From assembly GCF_902459465.1 (NCBI RefSeq), contig NC_047066.1, forward strand, positions 11,098,001-11,162,000: a DNA stretch of 64,000 nt, given 5' to 3'. The position numbers and the translations under genes are program-made. This DNA comes from Asterias rubens. Taxonomy: Eukaryota. Positions within the stretch are counted from its first letter, which is position 1. The number at the start of each line of letters is the position of its first letter. Below, one piece after another: positions 36,700-49,055 of this stretch. The notes under the pieces were generated by a model, which saw only the letters and a list, made by a program, of their open reading frames with translations, was not told the DNA's origin and did no database searches.

Positions 36700-36925
36700 G
36701 TGCTTTCAGTGACTTTTTCAACATGGTAATTCAGAGCTAGAATTTTTGATCGAGTGTGGAATGGAATTCCACATCCTAGGGCCTGCAACTGCCTGATTTT
36801 ATTTTATTCATTTTTCCACGGGGAGCCAGTGCAGCTGTTTGATCAGTGGTGAAGTGGGGAAGTGGGGTAGGAGAAGATGACAGAAGATGCTCTGTTTTGT
36901 ATCTTTTGTAACTTGCTTCAATCAG
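36700..36925 (-). mobile_element. Decayed, internally deleted L2-clade LINE ORF2 3' fragment
   Basis: Minus strand gives SKLQKIQNRAS, LIKQLHWLPVEK and AGPRMWNSIPHSIKNS, the typical L2 C-terminal motifs. Confidence 0.72.
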
Positions 36926-36940
36926 ATTGTTTGAGTCCAC

Positions 36941-37280
36941 TTAAAGACAGTGGACACTATTGGTACTTGCCAAAGACTACTCTTCACAATTGGTGTATCT
37001 CAACATATGCATAAAATAACAAACCTGTGTAAATTTGAGGTTAATCGGTCATCGAAGTTGCGAGATAATAATGAAAGAAAAATAACCCTTGTCACACGAA
37101 GTTGTGTGCGTTTAGATGGTACTAAATCTGAGGTCTCGAAATCAAATTCGTGGAAAATTACTTCTCTCTCGAAAACTATGGCACTTCAGAGGGAGTCGTT
37201 TCTCACAATGTTTTATACCATCAACCTCTCCCCATTACTCGTAATCAAAAAAGGTTTTATGTAGTGTCCACTGCCTTTAA
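36941..37280. mobile_element. Kolobok-type MITE family A (internal deletions)
   Basis: TIRs + TTAA. Confidence 0.82.
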
Positions 37281-38414
37281 CCGTGGAGGTATTTCTACCT
37301 CCATGACTTAACTAAGAGTTACAGTAGCCCAATCTGGAAAGTATGAGTTCCCTAACAGCACTTAAATATTACCACAATGCATCACTTGTATGGGAGCCGT
37401 CATGTGTCTTGAAGTAAACAATTAAACATAGTTTTCTTGTCAGATCATCATGTCAGTCAACTTTCTATAAAGTTCTCGCCTCCCAAAACCCCTAACAACA
37501 CCTCAAACCCATTCACTTGAAAACAGAGCAAACTCTCATTTTTATTGAGAAAACATTTTGTCATAGTACTACAATGTATTTGTAATGAAGTTTCAACTGT
37601 ACTATATCGTTTATTTACTAATAATATTTAACTTCATTCTCTGTATTTCCACACTAATCATATTAGTGACTAATATGATGAACTATTTCTATGAAGAAGA
37701 CATTAAAATGACATAAGAAAACTTATCACAAATAGATTTAAGTTTTTGAAAATGAAACCACTAGTAATTCAATTTAAAAAATACCTCATGACAAATTACC
37801 ACATAAGCTATTCCAACAAAGGCATGAACATTGAGCATTGAGAGGAGGGTTCAATGTGCTGAATTAGAAAAGACCGACTGCACAAACCCCGGGGCTCTAC
37901 GGTCAGATAGTTTGTATTCACCGAAATGTTGTGTGACCTACATAATCAATCCACACTAATGCATACATTTGTGTGACTTAAGAAATAAGAAATCATTGCC
38001 ATTAATTTTGATTTTTTTTCACACTTACATATCCCTCACCAACTAATACATTAGCTTAAGACAAAAAAAGGGATAACTTGTTGAATATTTCTAAAGTGTT
38101 GAGGCAGTTATTCTTGAAGATTTAACGTTTGTCACATAGACAGACACTTTTCAAAATCATCTCTAATTACAAATTCTTTGATGGAATGTATGAAATGTGT
38201 GGTGATTATAAATGTAGTCAAACTCTTCTGTCTGTACAATATCACTGCAATCTTCACGTACACATTGCTACGATCGGGTCAGGTCATTTCTACAAACAAA
38301 AAATTAGTTTCGCCAGTCAGCTTAAAACACATTTTTTTATGTGTATTTTGTACAGCTCGGCACCAGCTACTTTACGTAGTATCTCAATTTTCAATTCAAG
38401 TGTGTAAGAATCAG

Positions 38415-38787
38415 TTAAAGGAACGCGTTGCCTTGGATTGGTCGAGTTGGTCTTTGAAAAGCGTTTATAACCGTTTTTAATAAAATGCATATGGGTAGAA
38501 AGATGTTGTAAAAGTAGAATACAATGATCCACACAAACACACCTCGAAATTGCACGGTTTTCCTTTAACCTCGTCGACTATTATGGGAGTCAAATTTTTG
38601 ACTCCTTGAATGGTCGACCGTGTTAGTTCGCTAGGTAAAAGGAAAACCACGCAATTTCAAAGCAAATTTGTATGGATCATTGTATTCTACTTTTAAAACT
38701 TTCCAACTATATGCATTTTATAACAAACGGTTACAAACGCTTTTTATAGACCAACTCGTCCAATCCAAGGCAACGTGTTCCTTTTAA
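38415..38787. mobile_element. Kolobok-type MITE family B, ~100 bp past the GPCR5 stop codon
   Basis: TIR aaggaacgcgttgccttggattgg...ccaatccaaggcaacgtgttcctt. Confidence 0.84.
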
Positions 38788-38883
38788 GTCCCAAGTTCTT
38801 TTTAACTGTTTAGGAAAAATAAACAGAAATGCACAAATCTACCTAAAACAAAAAACGTTATCAATTACAGATTGTAAACGGCT

Positions 38884-40059
38884 TTAAAGCCGAGTTATGT
38901 TGGATTTCACAAGCATGGTGTCATTAGTTTCATCATCGGTAAAGTTTCGGGCTCTCTTCATCGCTTGAAGACTGACTGCAGGATTGGCTTTGTCAAATTG
39001 AAGCCGACTAGATCCAGTATTGCATCGAAATGCTTGAATGAATGCAGAACGGTATTGAGCATGAATTGCACCGTATATCAGTGGATTGACTATGGTATTT
39101 ATTAACAGAGGAATTTCGGCAAACCATGCTTTGTTGACTGCCAGTTGTGAGTATGTTTCATTAGAACCGTATGTTGGTATGATCATGTGATAATAATTCA
39201 CCAAATGGTCCACAATGGAAGGTGTCTGGCAGGTGAAGAATACCACACCATTGACGATCAGAAGTTGTGCGACTTTGTTTCGGCTTTGCTTTGCTTGATG
39301 GTCGTTTCCTTTCATAAAGGTAGCACTCCTGCGTTTGTTTAATGCATAAATAATCCGTATATACATAAAAACATTAGCAATCATTGTAGTGAACCAGGCT
39401 ACAAGTGACAGGGGTGGTCCAAAAATGCCTGCAACGTCAACTACAGGCCCACAGTAGCTGAACAATGTTGGAAAGTTCCGGTAAACTTCAGGCCAGATGA
39501 AACAACGTGTTTTCATTACAGCCGAAGTGCTTAATGTCAGTGAGCAAGCAAACATCAACCCCACCACCCAGCAGATAGCGACCATTGTGTTGGTTCGGCG
39601 CCGTCCACGGATTTTCAGATGTTTCCCTGGATGGCATACAGCAAGATATCTCTCCAATGACACCGTTGTAAGCAGAGCAATGGATACAAAGTATCCCGTT
39701 AACCTCAACGACCCGAAGGTGAAACACTTAGCAGAACTGCTCAGGATGACATTGTTTGCCACAGATGGGGATGTTGCATAAGTCAAAATAATAAACACGA
39801 TGCTCGTAACAGTCAGGTACAGAAGATCAGCCACGGCCAAATGTGCTAAGCAGATATTGGTTGCAGATCTCATCGTGGGAACACGAAACATGACAAACAG
39901 AAAAGCTGAGTTGTTGATCACTCCAAGACACAAGATGATTGGTATGACGATGGTAATAACGATGATGTCCTTGGGTGAATAAAGCCACAACGATATATTC
40001 AACAAAGAGATGTTTTTAGCATCAGCTAGACACTCATCTAGTGAGCTATTATCTGCCAT
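38884..40059 (-). CDS. Intronless class A GPCR, copy 5, 391 aa (second subclade)
   Basis: LAVADL, ERY, FFTCQTP, NPLIY; 7 TM. Confidence 0.95.
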   Translation of the reverse strand: MADNSSLDECLADAKNISLLNISLWLYSPKDIIVITIVIPIILCLGVINNSAFLFVMFRVPTMRSATNICLAHLAVADLLYLTVTSIVFIILTYATSPSVANNVILSSSAKCFTFGSLRLTGYFVSIALLTTVSLERYLAVCHPGKHLKIRGRRRTNTMVAICWVVGLMFACSLTLSTSAVMKTRCFIWPEVYRNFPTLFSYCGPVVDVAGIFGPPLSLVAWFTTMIANVFMYIRIIYALNKRRSATFMKGNDHQAKQSRNKVAQLLIVNGVVFFTCQTPSIVDHLVNYYHMIIPTYGSNETYSQLAVNKAWFAEIPLLINTIVNPLIYGAIHAQYRSAFIQAFRCNTGSSRLQFDKANPAVSLQAMKRARNFTDDETNDTMLVKSNITRL

Positions 40060-40110
40060 TGTGTACCTGGTACCACAGACCGTTCTTATAGATTGAGATT
40101 TACAAGACTA

Positions 40111-40230
40111 AGAACACTATCAGACACCTACAAATACAGCTTTTTTCATTGTACAATTTAAGACTGGAATGAGCTTCCTCAAGACATCATCGAGCTGCCC
40201 ACCTTGGAGCAGTTCAAGGAGGCCGTCAGA
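40111..40230 (+). mobile_element. Decayed CR1/L2-group LINE ORF2 C-terminal fragment
   Basis: Translates RTLSDTYKYSFFHCTI*DWNELPQDIIELPTLEQFKEAV (YxYSFFPRTIxDWNxLP motif). Confidence 0.68.
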
Positions 40231-40554
40231 TGCGAGCAGTCATCCAGCATCATGTTTTTATTTATACGTATTCCTATTGTTGTAAATACGTTGGCACCCG
40301 ATGCGTACACAAACCGTCCATCCTCGGCAGCCGCACCCTGATGTCTAGGTGCTCAACAGGCTTTGATGACAAGTTGCTGAATATCGTGTAGATGATGCTC
40401 TAATTAAACTGTCAGCCTATCACTGGTCAACAATGGTATACATGTATACTGATGAAAGAAACACAGTACGCTACTACATTACTAGGCATACCTAATAATA
40501 ACCCATATCAATCACAATTAGGCTTTACCGAAAAAGGTTCTCCATTTACTTGCC

Positions 40555-40916
40555 TTAAAGACACTGGACACTATTAGTACCTGTCAAAGACCAGTCTTCT
40601 CACTTGGTGTATCTCAACATATATGCACAAAATAACAAACCTTTGAAAAGTTGAACTCAATTGGTCGTCAAGGTTGCGAGATAATAATGGAAGAAAAAAC
40701 ACCCTTCTCTCACAAAGTAGTGTGCTTCAGATGCTTGATTTTGGGACATCATAATCAAATTCGTGGAAAACTAATTCTTTCTCAAAAACTACGTTACTTC
40801 AGTGGGAGCCGTTTCTCACAATGTTTTATACTATCAAGATCTCTCCATTGCTTTTTACCAAGTAAGTTTTATGCTCACAAATATTTTGAGTAATTACCAA
40901 TAGTTCTATGCCTTTA
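40555..40916. mobile_element. Kolobok-type MITE family A upstream of GPCR5
   Basis: TIRs + TTAA. Confidence 0.78.
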
Positions 40917-41216
40917 ATGGTGACTATAGTGTTTACTTCATGAGCTGCGCTTTCCATTACTCTGTGCAACATTTTGTTGTAAAGATCATCAATGTTTGAA
41001 GTCAAGGGGCCCAGTTTTACGATATAGACATTGACAATAACCCGTATCAATCACAATTAGGCATCAGGGAGAGATTTTCTCATTAACGTGTAATGGTAAT
41101 TACATGGTTTAGAGGACAAACCGGGCGGCTTCATTCATCGCTTTTCAGTACTGTGCAATATTTGTATAATTCATCATTTTAATTAAGCTCCATTACTCTC
41201 TATGTTTCAAGACTTA

Positions 41217-41598
41217 TTAAAGGAACACGTTGCCTTGGATCGGTCGAGTTGGTCTTTGAAAAGCGTTTGTAACCGTTTGTTATAAAGTGCATATGGTTAG
41301 AAAGATTTTTTCAAAGTATAATGCAATGATCCACATACATTTGCCTCGAAATTTAGTGGTTTTCTTTTTACTTTGCAAACTAACACGGACGGCCATTTAT
41401 GGGAGTCAAAAATTTGACTCCCATAAGTGGCCGACCGTGTTTGTCGACGAGGTAAAAGGAAAACCACGAGTGATACTTGTGTGGATTATTATATTTTACT
41501 TTTAAAAGATCTTCTATTCATATGCATTTTATAACAAATGAACACAAACGCTTTTCAAAGTACCAACTCGACCGATCCAAGGCAATGTGTTCCTTTAA
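41217..41598. mobile_element. Kolobok-type MITE family B
   Basis: TIRs + TTAA. Confidence 0.84.
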
Positions 41599-43011
41599 GG
41601 CTGTATTCAAATTATCATCTACTTAGGGTGTTGCTAAGGACATCCAGTACCTGAGCGCATGATGACGCGAAAATTCAAGCTGTAGCTGTACATTGTAGCT
41701 GTAGGCACCAATTTTAACATGGCCTTACTGTCATTCAGAACTACTGTATGTCAAACTAGAAATTAAGTTTCTGTGAAAAACAAAAGTGTTCTCGACTCTG
41801 ATCTTTTACATATGTTTTTTATTTAATTCATGATTTGTGACTTGGACTGATTATTTTGGTGTAATCATCAATGTTTGAAGTCACAGGGACCCAGTTTTAT
41901 TAATACAGACATTGATAATAACCCATATCAATCACAATTAGGCTCCTGGGAGAGATTTTCTCATTTACGTATAATGGTACTTACATTGTCTAGAGGACAA
42001 ACAGAGCGGCTTATTAAGCTTTCCATTACTGTGCAATGTTTGTATAATTCGTCAATGTCAGCTCCGTAACTTTCTACGTTTCAAGACTTATTAACTGCCA
42101 TTAAAAAACATGTCAAACTGAAACTTGGTTCTTTTGAAACCCCAAAAGGTCTTCGCGACTCTGATCCTTAGTTATCACTTTTTGTTCATAAGTCAAGTTT
42201 TTGACTGAATATTCTGAAACAAAAATCGTCCTCAAAGTTTGTAGTCACAGGGACCCAGTTTCATGACACATATAATTTTAATTAATTAAAGTTTTTGTAG
42301 CAAAGCCCCCTCCACTCACAGTGTTAGGTTAACAAAAACACTTAAAAGTTTGTTTGTATTATTTTACATCTTATTTACATTTTGTTTAACTTACAGACAG
42401 AAACTAGAAACCTTCCAACTGAAAATTCAAGAGAAACTGAGATATTTTATTTTCGTTATATAAGAAAACATGATAATTATATACACCTTAGATATGGCGT
42501 GGAATAGGTCGAATGGTGTTAAACATGACTTGTCCGAAGTTAAGAAGAAAATAACTTAGATTCAAATAGTGGGAAAGAAATTTGTTTAGTTATATAGGGG
42601 AAAAAAACACTTAGGAGACAACTCTAATAAGTATGGCTAAAAAGTTTGCTGTAGCTGCTTGCAGGTTAAACTGGGGAGCACAGATTTAAATTTTGTTCTA
42701 GTAATTTGTCTTCAAATGCTCAGACACGCGTTTTTGTTTTGTTTTAATCAGATAAGCAAAGTTGAACATTTGGGGGCAAAAGGTGTTAAATTGAAGCTGT
42801 AGCAAATTATTGTAAATATATATTGACATTCTGTTTCCTTAAAGTTCAAACATTATAGACGATGTGACCTCTGACGTCACACGAAAACCATAACATGATT
42901 CGCGCGCATACCGCCGGGCAAAACCTTTGTGTTTTGGCAGCCAGCTAGAAAGTGTACGCAATCTTACTTCTTATCACCTCTTATAATCTAATTATTTTGA
43001 TTAGTGTATTG

Positions 43012-43898
43012 AACTTGCATCATACAAAACAGTAAACTTACACCATACAAAACAGTAAACTTACACCATACAAAACAGTAAACTTACACCTACAAAACAG
43101 TAAACTTACACCTACAATACAGTAAACTTACACCTACAAAACAGTAAACTTACACCATACAAAACAGTAAACTTACACCTACAAAACAGTAAACTTACAC
43201 CATACAAAACAGTAAACTTACACCTACAAAACAGTAAACTTGCACCATACAAAACAGTTAACTTGCACCTACAAAACAGTAAACTTACACCATACAAAAC
43301 AGTAAACTTACACCTACAAAACAGTAAACTTACACCATACAAAACAGTAAACTTACACCTACAAAACAGTAAACTTGCACCATACAAAACAGTAAACTTG
43401 CACCTACAAAACAGTAAACTTACACCATACAAAACAGTAAACTTACACCTACAAAACAGTAAACTTACACCTACAAAACAGTAAACTTACACCTACAAAA
43501 CAGTAAACTTACACCTACAAAACAGTAAACTTACACCTACAAAACAGTAAACTTACACCTACAAAACAGTAAACTTACACCTACAAAACAGTAAACTTAC
43601 ACCATACAAAACAGTAAACTTACACCTACAAAACAGTAAACTTACACCTACAAAACAGTAAACTTGCACCTACAAAACAGTAAACTTACACCATACAAAA
43701 CAGTAAACTTACACCTACAAAACAGTAAACTTACACCTACAAAACAGTAAACTTACACCTACAAAACAGTAAACTTACACCTACAAAACAGTAAACTTAC
43801 ACCTACAAAACAGTAAACTTACACCTACAAAACAGTAAACTTACACCTACAAAACAGTAAACTTACACCTACAAAACAGTAAACTTACACCTACAAAA
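43012..43898. repeat. 21/22-bp minisatellite (tacaaaacagtaaacttacacc[a]), about 40 copies
   Basis: Direct inspection; explains periodic ORFs 43112..43432 and 43263..43484. Confidence 0.97.
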
Positions 43899-46228
43899 AA
43901 TGTGTACATGTAGATGTATGGCAATTCACAGCTTGAGTTAATGACATTACAATTCATAACATTAGTGACTGGGTTCGAAGGATGTCTATGTCTAGTACAG
44001 CATGAGCAGTTCATGCAAATTAAAACTTACTGTTTTTGTAATGGTTTCTATTTTCTCATTCATTTTAGTTGAACTAAAAGGCTACATGTTGTTGCAGTTG
44101 GTGCTGTAGCATTGCGCATAGCATGCTGTTAGATGGTCTAGATCTAGCCATGAGATCATACTGTAATGCACATACCACCATATCTGGCAAAACAAAACAC
44201 TGCTTCACATGTATTACACTGTACGAGTCCTTTACACATTAAAAGATAGGGAGTAATGAAGCATCTTGTAGATACATTGTTTTGCCATGTAAAAAGTCTA
44301 ACATAGAATGAAACATTTCTGAATTTCTTTGTTGGCAAAAACGGTGTATCATACAGATAAGGCGTTCTGCCAATGATGTAAACACTACCGTAGAGGTAAA
44401 AATTTACTAAACCCAAAACACTACATCATAATGAAAGCCTCTTCTACCAGATAAACACTGACGTGCTGAACACATAGCTACAGTCGAGCAGAAGACTGCT
44501 TCTTATAAATGGACCGTTTTGCCATAAAATAAAGTGCAGAACAAAGTATCTAAGTCAACATAATGCGTTTTGCCATACCAAACCACACAAAAAGGCAAAA
44601 AGACCACAATTTGTATAGTTGTATCTTGATAATGGAGCCAGGTGCGAAAACGAGACCGGGCTATATGAAAAGAGCGCCCCCAACTTACCCAGGCAACTGT
44701 TTTTCTCAAAAACACCACAAAATTAGTTGCACTGTTTTGCCATATGACGGCCGCGATGGTATAGAGCATTTTGAGAAACATTTCACTTCGAAGAAGTGTC
44801 ATAATGTAAAATTAATTTAGTTTTTATTATGCCCCAAAATTTGAATCTCGGAGGAGTAACATTTCTCTAATTGTGTATTCCCATAGGGGTTATAGGATTA
44901 AAGCAATCAAACACAAAAGTAAAACTATTTGTCCTCAAACCATTTAGATAATGTTTGTTGTACACATAAGTATAATAATTGCGAATCATCTTTTGTTTTA
45001 GCTCCTTTTAAACATCACAGGATTTTGCGATCTTTTCATTTATAAAAGTGTTATTTACAGTTTTTACACAAAAAGACAACACTCAGTTTGACATTTCACT
45101 AAAAGTCTTTGAAAATTATCACCTCTTATAATCATTTATAATTTATTTATTTAAATATTTAATTTCCTTACGATTTTAACATTGTCGTATACTTTTTCAA
45201 AAATTAATGTCATAATTAACATAAAGACAGTGGACACTATTGGTAATTGTCAAAGACCAGTCTTCTCTTTTAATTCAACTGATGTTTCTTTGCCTGCTGA
45301 ACAAAACCCTTCATGCTCAAAGGTCTTAGAAAATAAAAATGCAATTGTTCAGAGTTCAGTACAACCACCTTTGTCTTCAATTGCTGTAAATTTAGTGTTG
45401 AAAGTTTATTTTGCCCTCTTCAATATAGTGACAAACAGATAAAACAAATATTTATTTTGTGATATGTTTATGTCAGAAAAAATTATGATTGCAAATGATT
45501 TCTTTGTGATGTTAAACTTTATACTACATTGAATACCTGTGTTTGGTTTCCAAATTCCGGTTGCAATGTGCTCATGAATATTTTACATTATTCTGAGTGC
45601 AACTTTTTTAATACGAAAGATTTTCCTCCATTATTTTTTTACCATCTGAATTGCATAATTAGTTGATGTTTTACACACACAATTTTTTTGTTTGGGAAGA
45701 CTGTGTGAAGAACTGTAGGTAAATCACAAGATAATGAGACAAAATTTAGCCAAAAAACACATATTCCATGTATGCATCATATTCAGAAAAATTTAAATGC
45801 AAGCACAGAAAAAGATCCCTCATTAGCGATAAGTTTAAAAGCACTCCTTAAACAGATTAAGTTACTGCTGAATATCCATGTAAAGATTTATTTGACCCAC
45901 TCAACTTAGGGTCAGACACGTGTTTTTAAAGCACAATTTCTATTCTCTAATTGTTTGAGTGTCTTGTAGCCAGTCCATGTACATGTAAACTGAACTATTT
46001 TTATTTGATGTAAGCAAAATTGTATGCAAAATAAAATTGAATTCTTATTGCAGCATTTTAAGTTGAAATTTTGTTTGGTCTTAAATTTGTTTTCAGATTT
46101 GATTTGGTTCGCTTTAGGCTGATCTAGCTCTGAGCCTGACTTTTACAACGATTTGGACCTCTCAGTAAACAACACTTTTTATTTAAAAATAATATTCTCA
46201 ACATTCTGATTTTTTTTGTAAACACTTC

Positions 46229-46610
46229 TTAAAGCCATTGGACCCTTTTGGTAAGAGTATTTCGTAGGGGTCACTTGGTGTATCTTAACATATGCATAAA
46301 ATAACAAACCTGTGAAAATTTGAGCTTGATTGGTCGTCAAAGTTGCGAGATACCTATGAAAGAAAAAAACACCCTTGTCACATGAAGTTGTGTTCTTTTA
46401 GATGCTTGACTTTGAGACCTCAAATTCTAAACTTGAAATCAAATTTGTGGAAAATTACCTCTTTCTCGAAAACTACACGTGTGTCACTTCAGATGGAGCG
46501 GTTTCTCACAATGTTTTATACTATCAACTTCTCCCCATTACTCGTCACCAAGTAAGGTTTTATGCTGATAATTATTTTGAGTAATTACCAATAATGTCCA
46601 CTGCCTTTAA
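46229..46610. mobile_element. Kolobok-type MITE family A downstream of GPCR6
   Basis: TIRs + TTAA. Confidence 0.8.
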
Positions 46611-46845
46611 CGGTAGATGTAGTTTTGGTAACTTGTCAAAGACAGTATCACAATAGACATGTATACATATATATGCATACAATTATAAACATGGGCTAGA
46701 AGCAAAGCCTATTTTTTTGTGTTTGTTTGATTATAAACTTTACATGCTATTAAAAGAGGATAAGAAATTGAACAGTCATTCAGTAGGGAAGTTGTCATGT
46801 GCCTACAATGCTATGTCTAACCGTGCAGGGCACATCATGTTGTAG

Positions 46846-47996
46846 TCAAAGGCTGGTGACGTCACACTCCGTCTCATTTAAGTTTCGTGCTCTCTTCATC
46901 ACATGGGCACTGACTGCGGGAATGTTTTTGTCGAATTGAAGCTGACTAGATCCAGTATTGCATCGAAACGCTTGAATGAATGCAGATCGATATTGTGCAT
47001 GAATAGTGCCATATATCAGTGGATTGACTATGGTGTTTATTAACAGAGGAATTTCAGAAAACCAAGGTCCATTCCTTAACAAAGTTTCCAATCCTTCACT
47101 AGCATTACCCGGTGTCGAGTAAAAAACATAGCTAGTTATAACGATCACAACAGATGGAGTTTGACAGATGAAGAATACAACTCCATTGGCGATCAGAACT
47201 TGAGCAACCTTGTTAAGACTTTTCTGCGCCTTGTTGTTGGTTCTTTTCATAAAGTAGCACTCTTGCGCTTGTTCAATGCATAAATGATCTTCACATACAT
47301 AAACACATTAGCAAACATTGCAATGAACCAGGGTACAACTCCCAGAGGCAATGTGATACGCCATATCATTGAATGTAGTCCTTGACAGCCCGATACCTCC
47401 CTTGGATAATCTTGGTAACCCTCAGGCCACTGGACAAACAGCTTGTAATTCACTGCTGAGATGCCTAATGTTGTTGAGCATGCAAACATCAACCCCACCA
47501 CCCAACAGATAGCGACCATTGTGTTGGTTCGACGCCGTCCACGGACTTTCAGATGCTGGATAGGATGGCATACAGCAAGATATCTCTCCAATGACACCGT
47601 GGTCACCAGAGCAATGGATACAAAGTATCCCATGCGCTTCAACAACTCAAAAATAAAACATGCAGCATCACTTTTCGCGATAGCAATGAATGCCACAGAT
47701 GGGGATGCAGTGTAACTCAAAATGTTGAACACGAGGCTCGTAACAGACAGGTACAGAAGATCAGCCACGGCCAAATGTGCTAAGCAGATATTGGTTGCAG
47801 ATCTCATTTTGGGAACACGAAAAATGACAAATAAAAAAGCTGAATTGTTGATCACTCCGAGGCACAAGAGAATCGGTACAAGGATGGTAATTAAGATGGT
47901 GTCTACCTGTGAATACTCCCAATTAATAACATCCTCCTCATATATATATATTTGCTCGTGTTCTGAAGTGCTCTCATCCAGCAAGATACTCGCCAT
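46846..47996 (-). pseudogene. Class A GPCR copy 6 with a single 1-nt deletion in ICL3 at ~47251-47254 (recent pseudogene or assembly indel); ~383 aa if repaired
   Basis: ORFs 47247..48056 (TM1-5) and 46846..47250 (TM6-7) abut; copy 5 reads GCT ACC TTT ATG where copy 6 is one base short; start set at the acacaATGGC context shared with copy 5. Confidence 0.88.
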
Positions 47997-48680
47997 TGTG
48001 TTCATTTTGACAGGTTTTTTTTCTGGATGCTCCTTATGAGTGGTCAACCACAACATCCATACTCAGACTAATTAGAACTCACTATACGCCAAAGCGAAGT
48101 TAACAACGAGAAGTTCCCTCGATCCACCAGGGCGAAGTACTATAGTTCAAGCCAATTTCCCACGTTCCATCCACAGTGGCTAAATAGTAGGGCACAGTAC
48201 TCTCCCGAGCTCCAAAGTCTACTCACACCGACAGAAGAATATATCAAGAAAAGTTCTCAAGTTTTCAAAGAACAAATTTTACTCAGCAAAGTAGATACAC
48301 GTCCACATTGTATCACTGCAACCTGAATAAATATTGTTACCTCTTGCAACATACGTACAACGCCTCAAAGCCCACTGGCTCCATCTGGTGTATATGTGCA
48401 TACAATGGCTAACACTGTCTACTTGGCACTCAGGTAGTGGTAGAAGTCACTCATGCAATTAAGGTTTGATTCTTGTTAGAGATTTAACCTTCATTTTACA
48501 CACGTCTAGATATAATTTCATCGATCACATGTATTGGATTGGCTTTCGAAACCACTGTGACCTTTAAATGCAGTGTTTGTATAAAAATGAACATACAAGT
48601 ACTGTAGTAGTGAGTCAGCACAATAGTCCTCCACTGAACCGAGAAGTTTAGAAACTCCCGAAAAGTTGAACACACTTTGC

Positions 48681-49055
48681 TTAAAGGCAGTGGACACTAA
48701 TGGTAATTGTCAAAGACTAGCCTTCACAGTTGGTGTACCTCAACAAACCTGTGAAAATTTGAGCTCAATCGGTCATCGGACTTGCGAGATAATAATGAAA
48801 GCAAAAAACGTCCTTGTCACACGCAGTTGTGTGCGTTTAGATGGTTGATTTCGAGACCTACATGTAAGTTCTAAATCTGAGGTCTCGAAATCAAATTCGT
48901 GGAAAATTACTTCTTTCTCGAAAACTATGGCACTTCAGAGGGAGCCGTTTCTCACAATGATTTATACCATCAACCTCTCCCCATTACTCGTCACCAAGAA
49001 AGGTTTATGCTAATAATGATTTTGTGTAATTACCAATAGTGTCCACTGCCTTTAA
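48681..49055. mobile_element. Kolobok-type MITE family A upstream of GPCR6
   Basis: Perfect TIRs + TTAA. Confidence 0.86.

Noticed and set aside
42500-42800. Possible orphan GPCR 3' flank marking a deleted copy
   Set aside because: Similarity to the flanks at 25400 and 28470 is weak and AT-rich; it could be an old dispersed repeat and cannot be supported by eye
43112-43484. Periodic ORFs (LLFCRCKFTVLYG; HLQNSKLTPYKTVN)
   Set aside because: By-product of the 21/22-bp minisatellite
26723-47715. Antisense ORFs overlapping the GPCRs (26723, 27116, 30016, 39497, 39800, 47461, 47722)
   Set aside because: Shadows of the coding strand shared through paralogy; no independent homology
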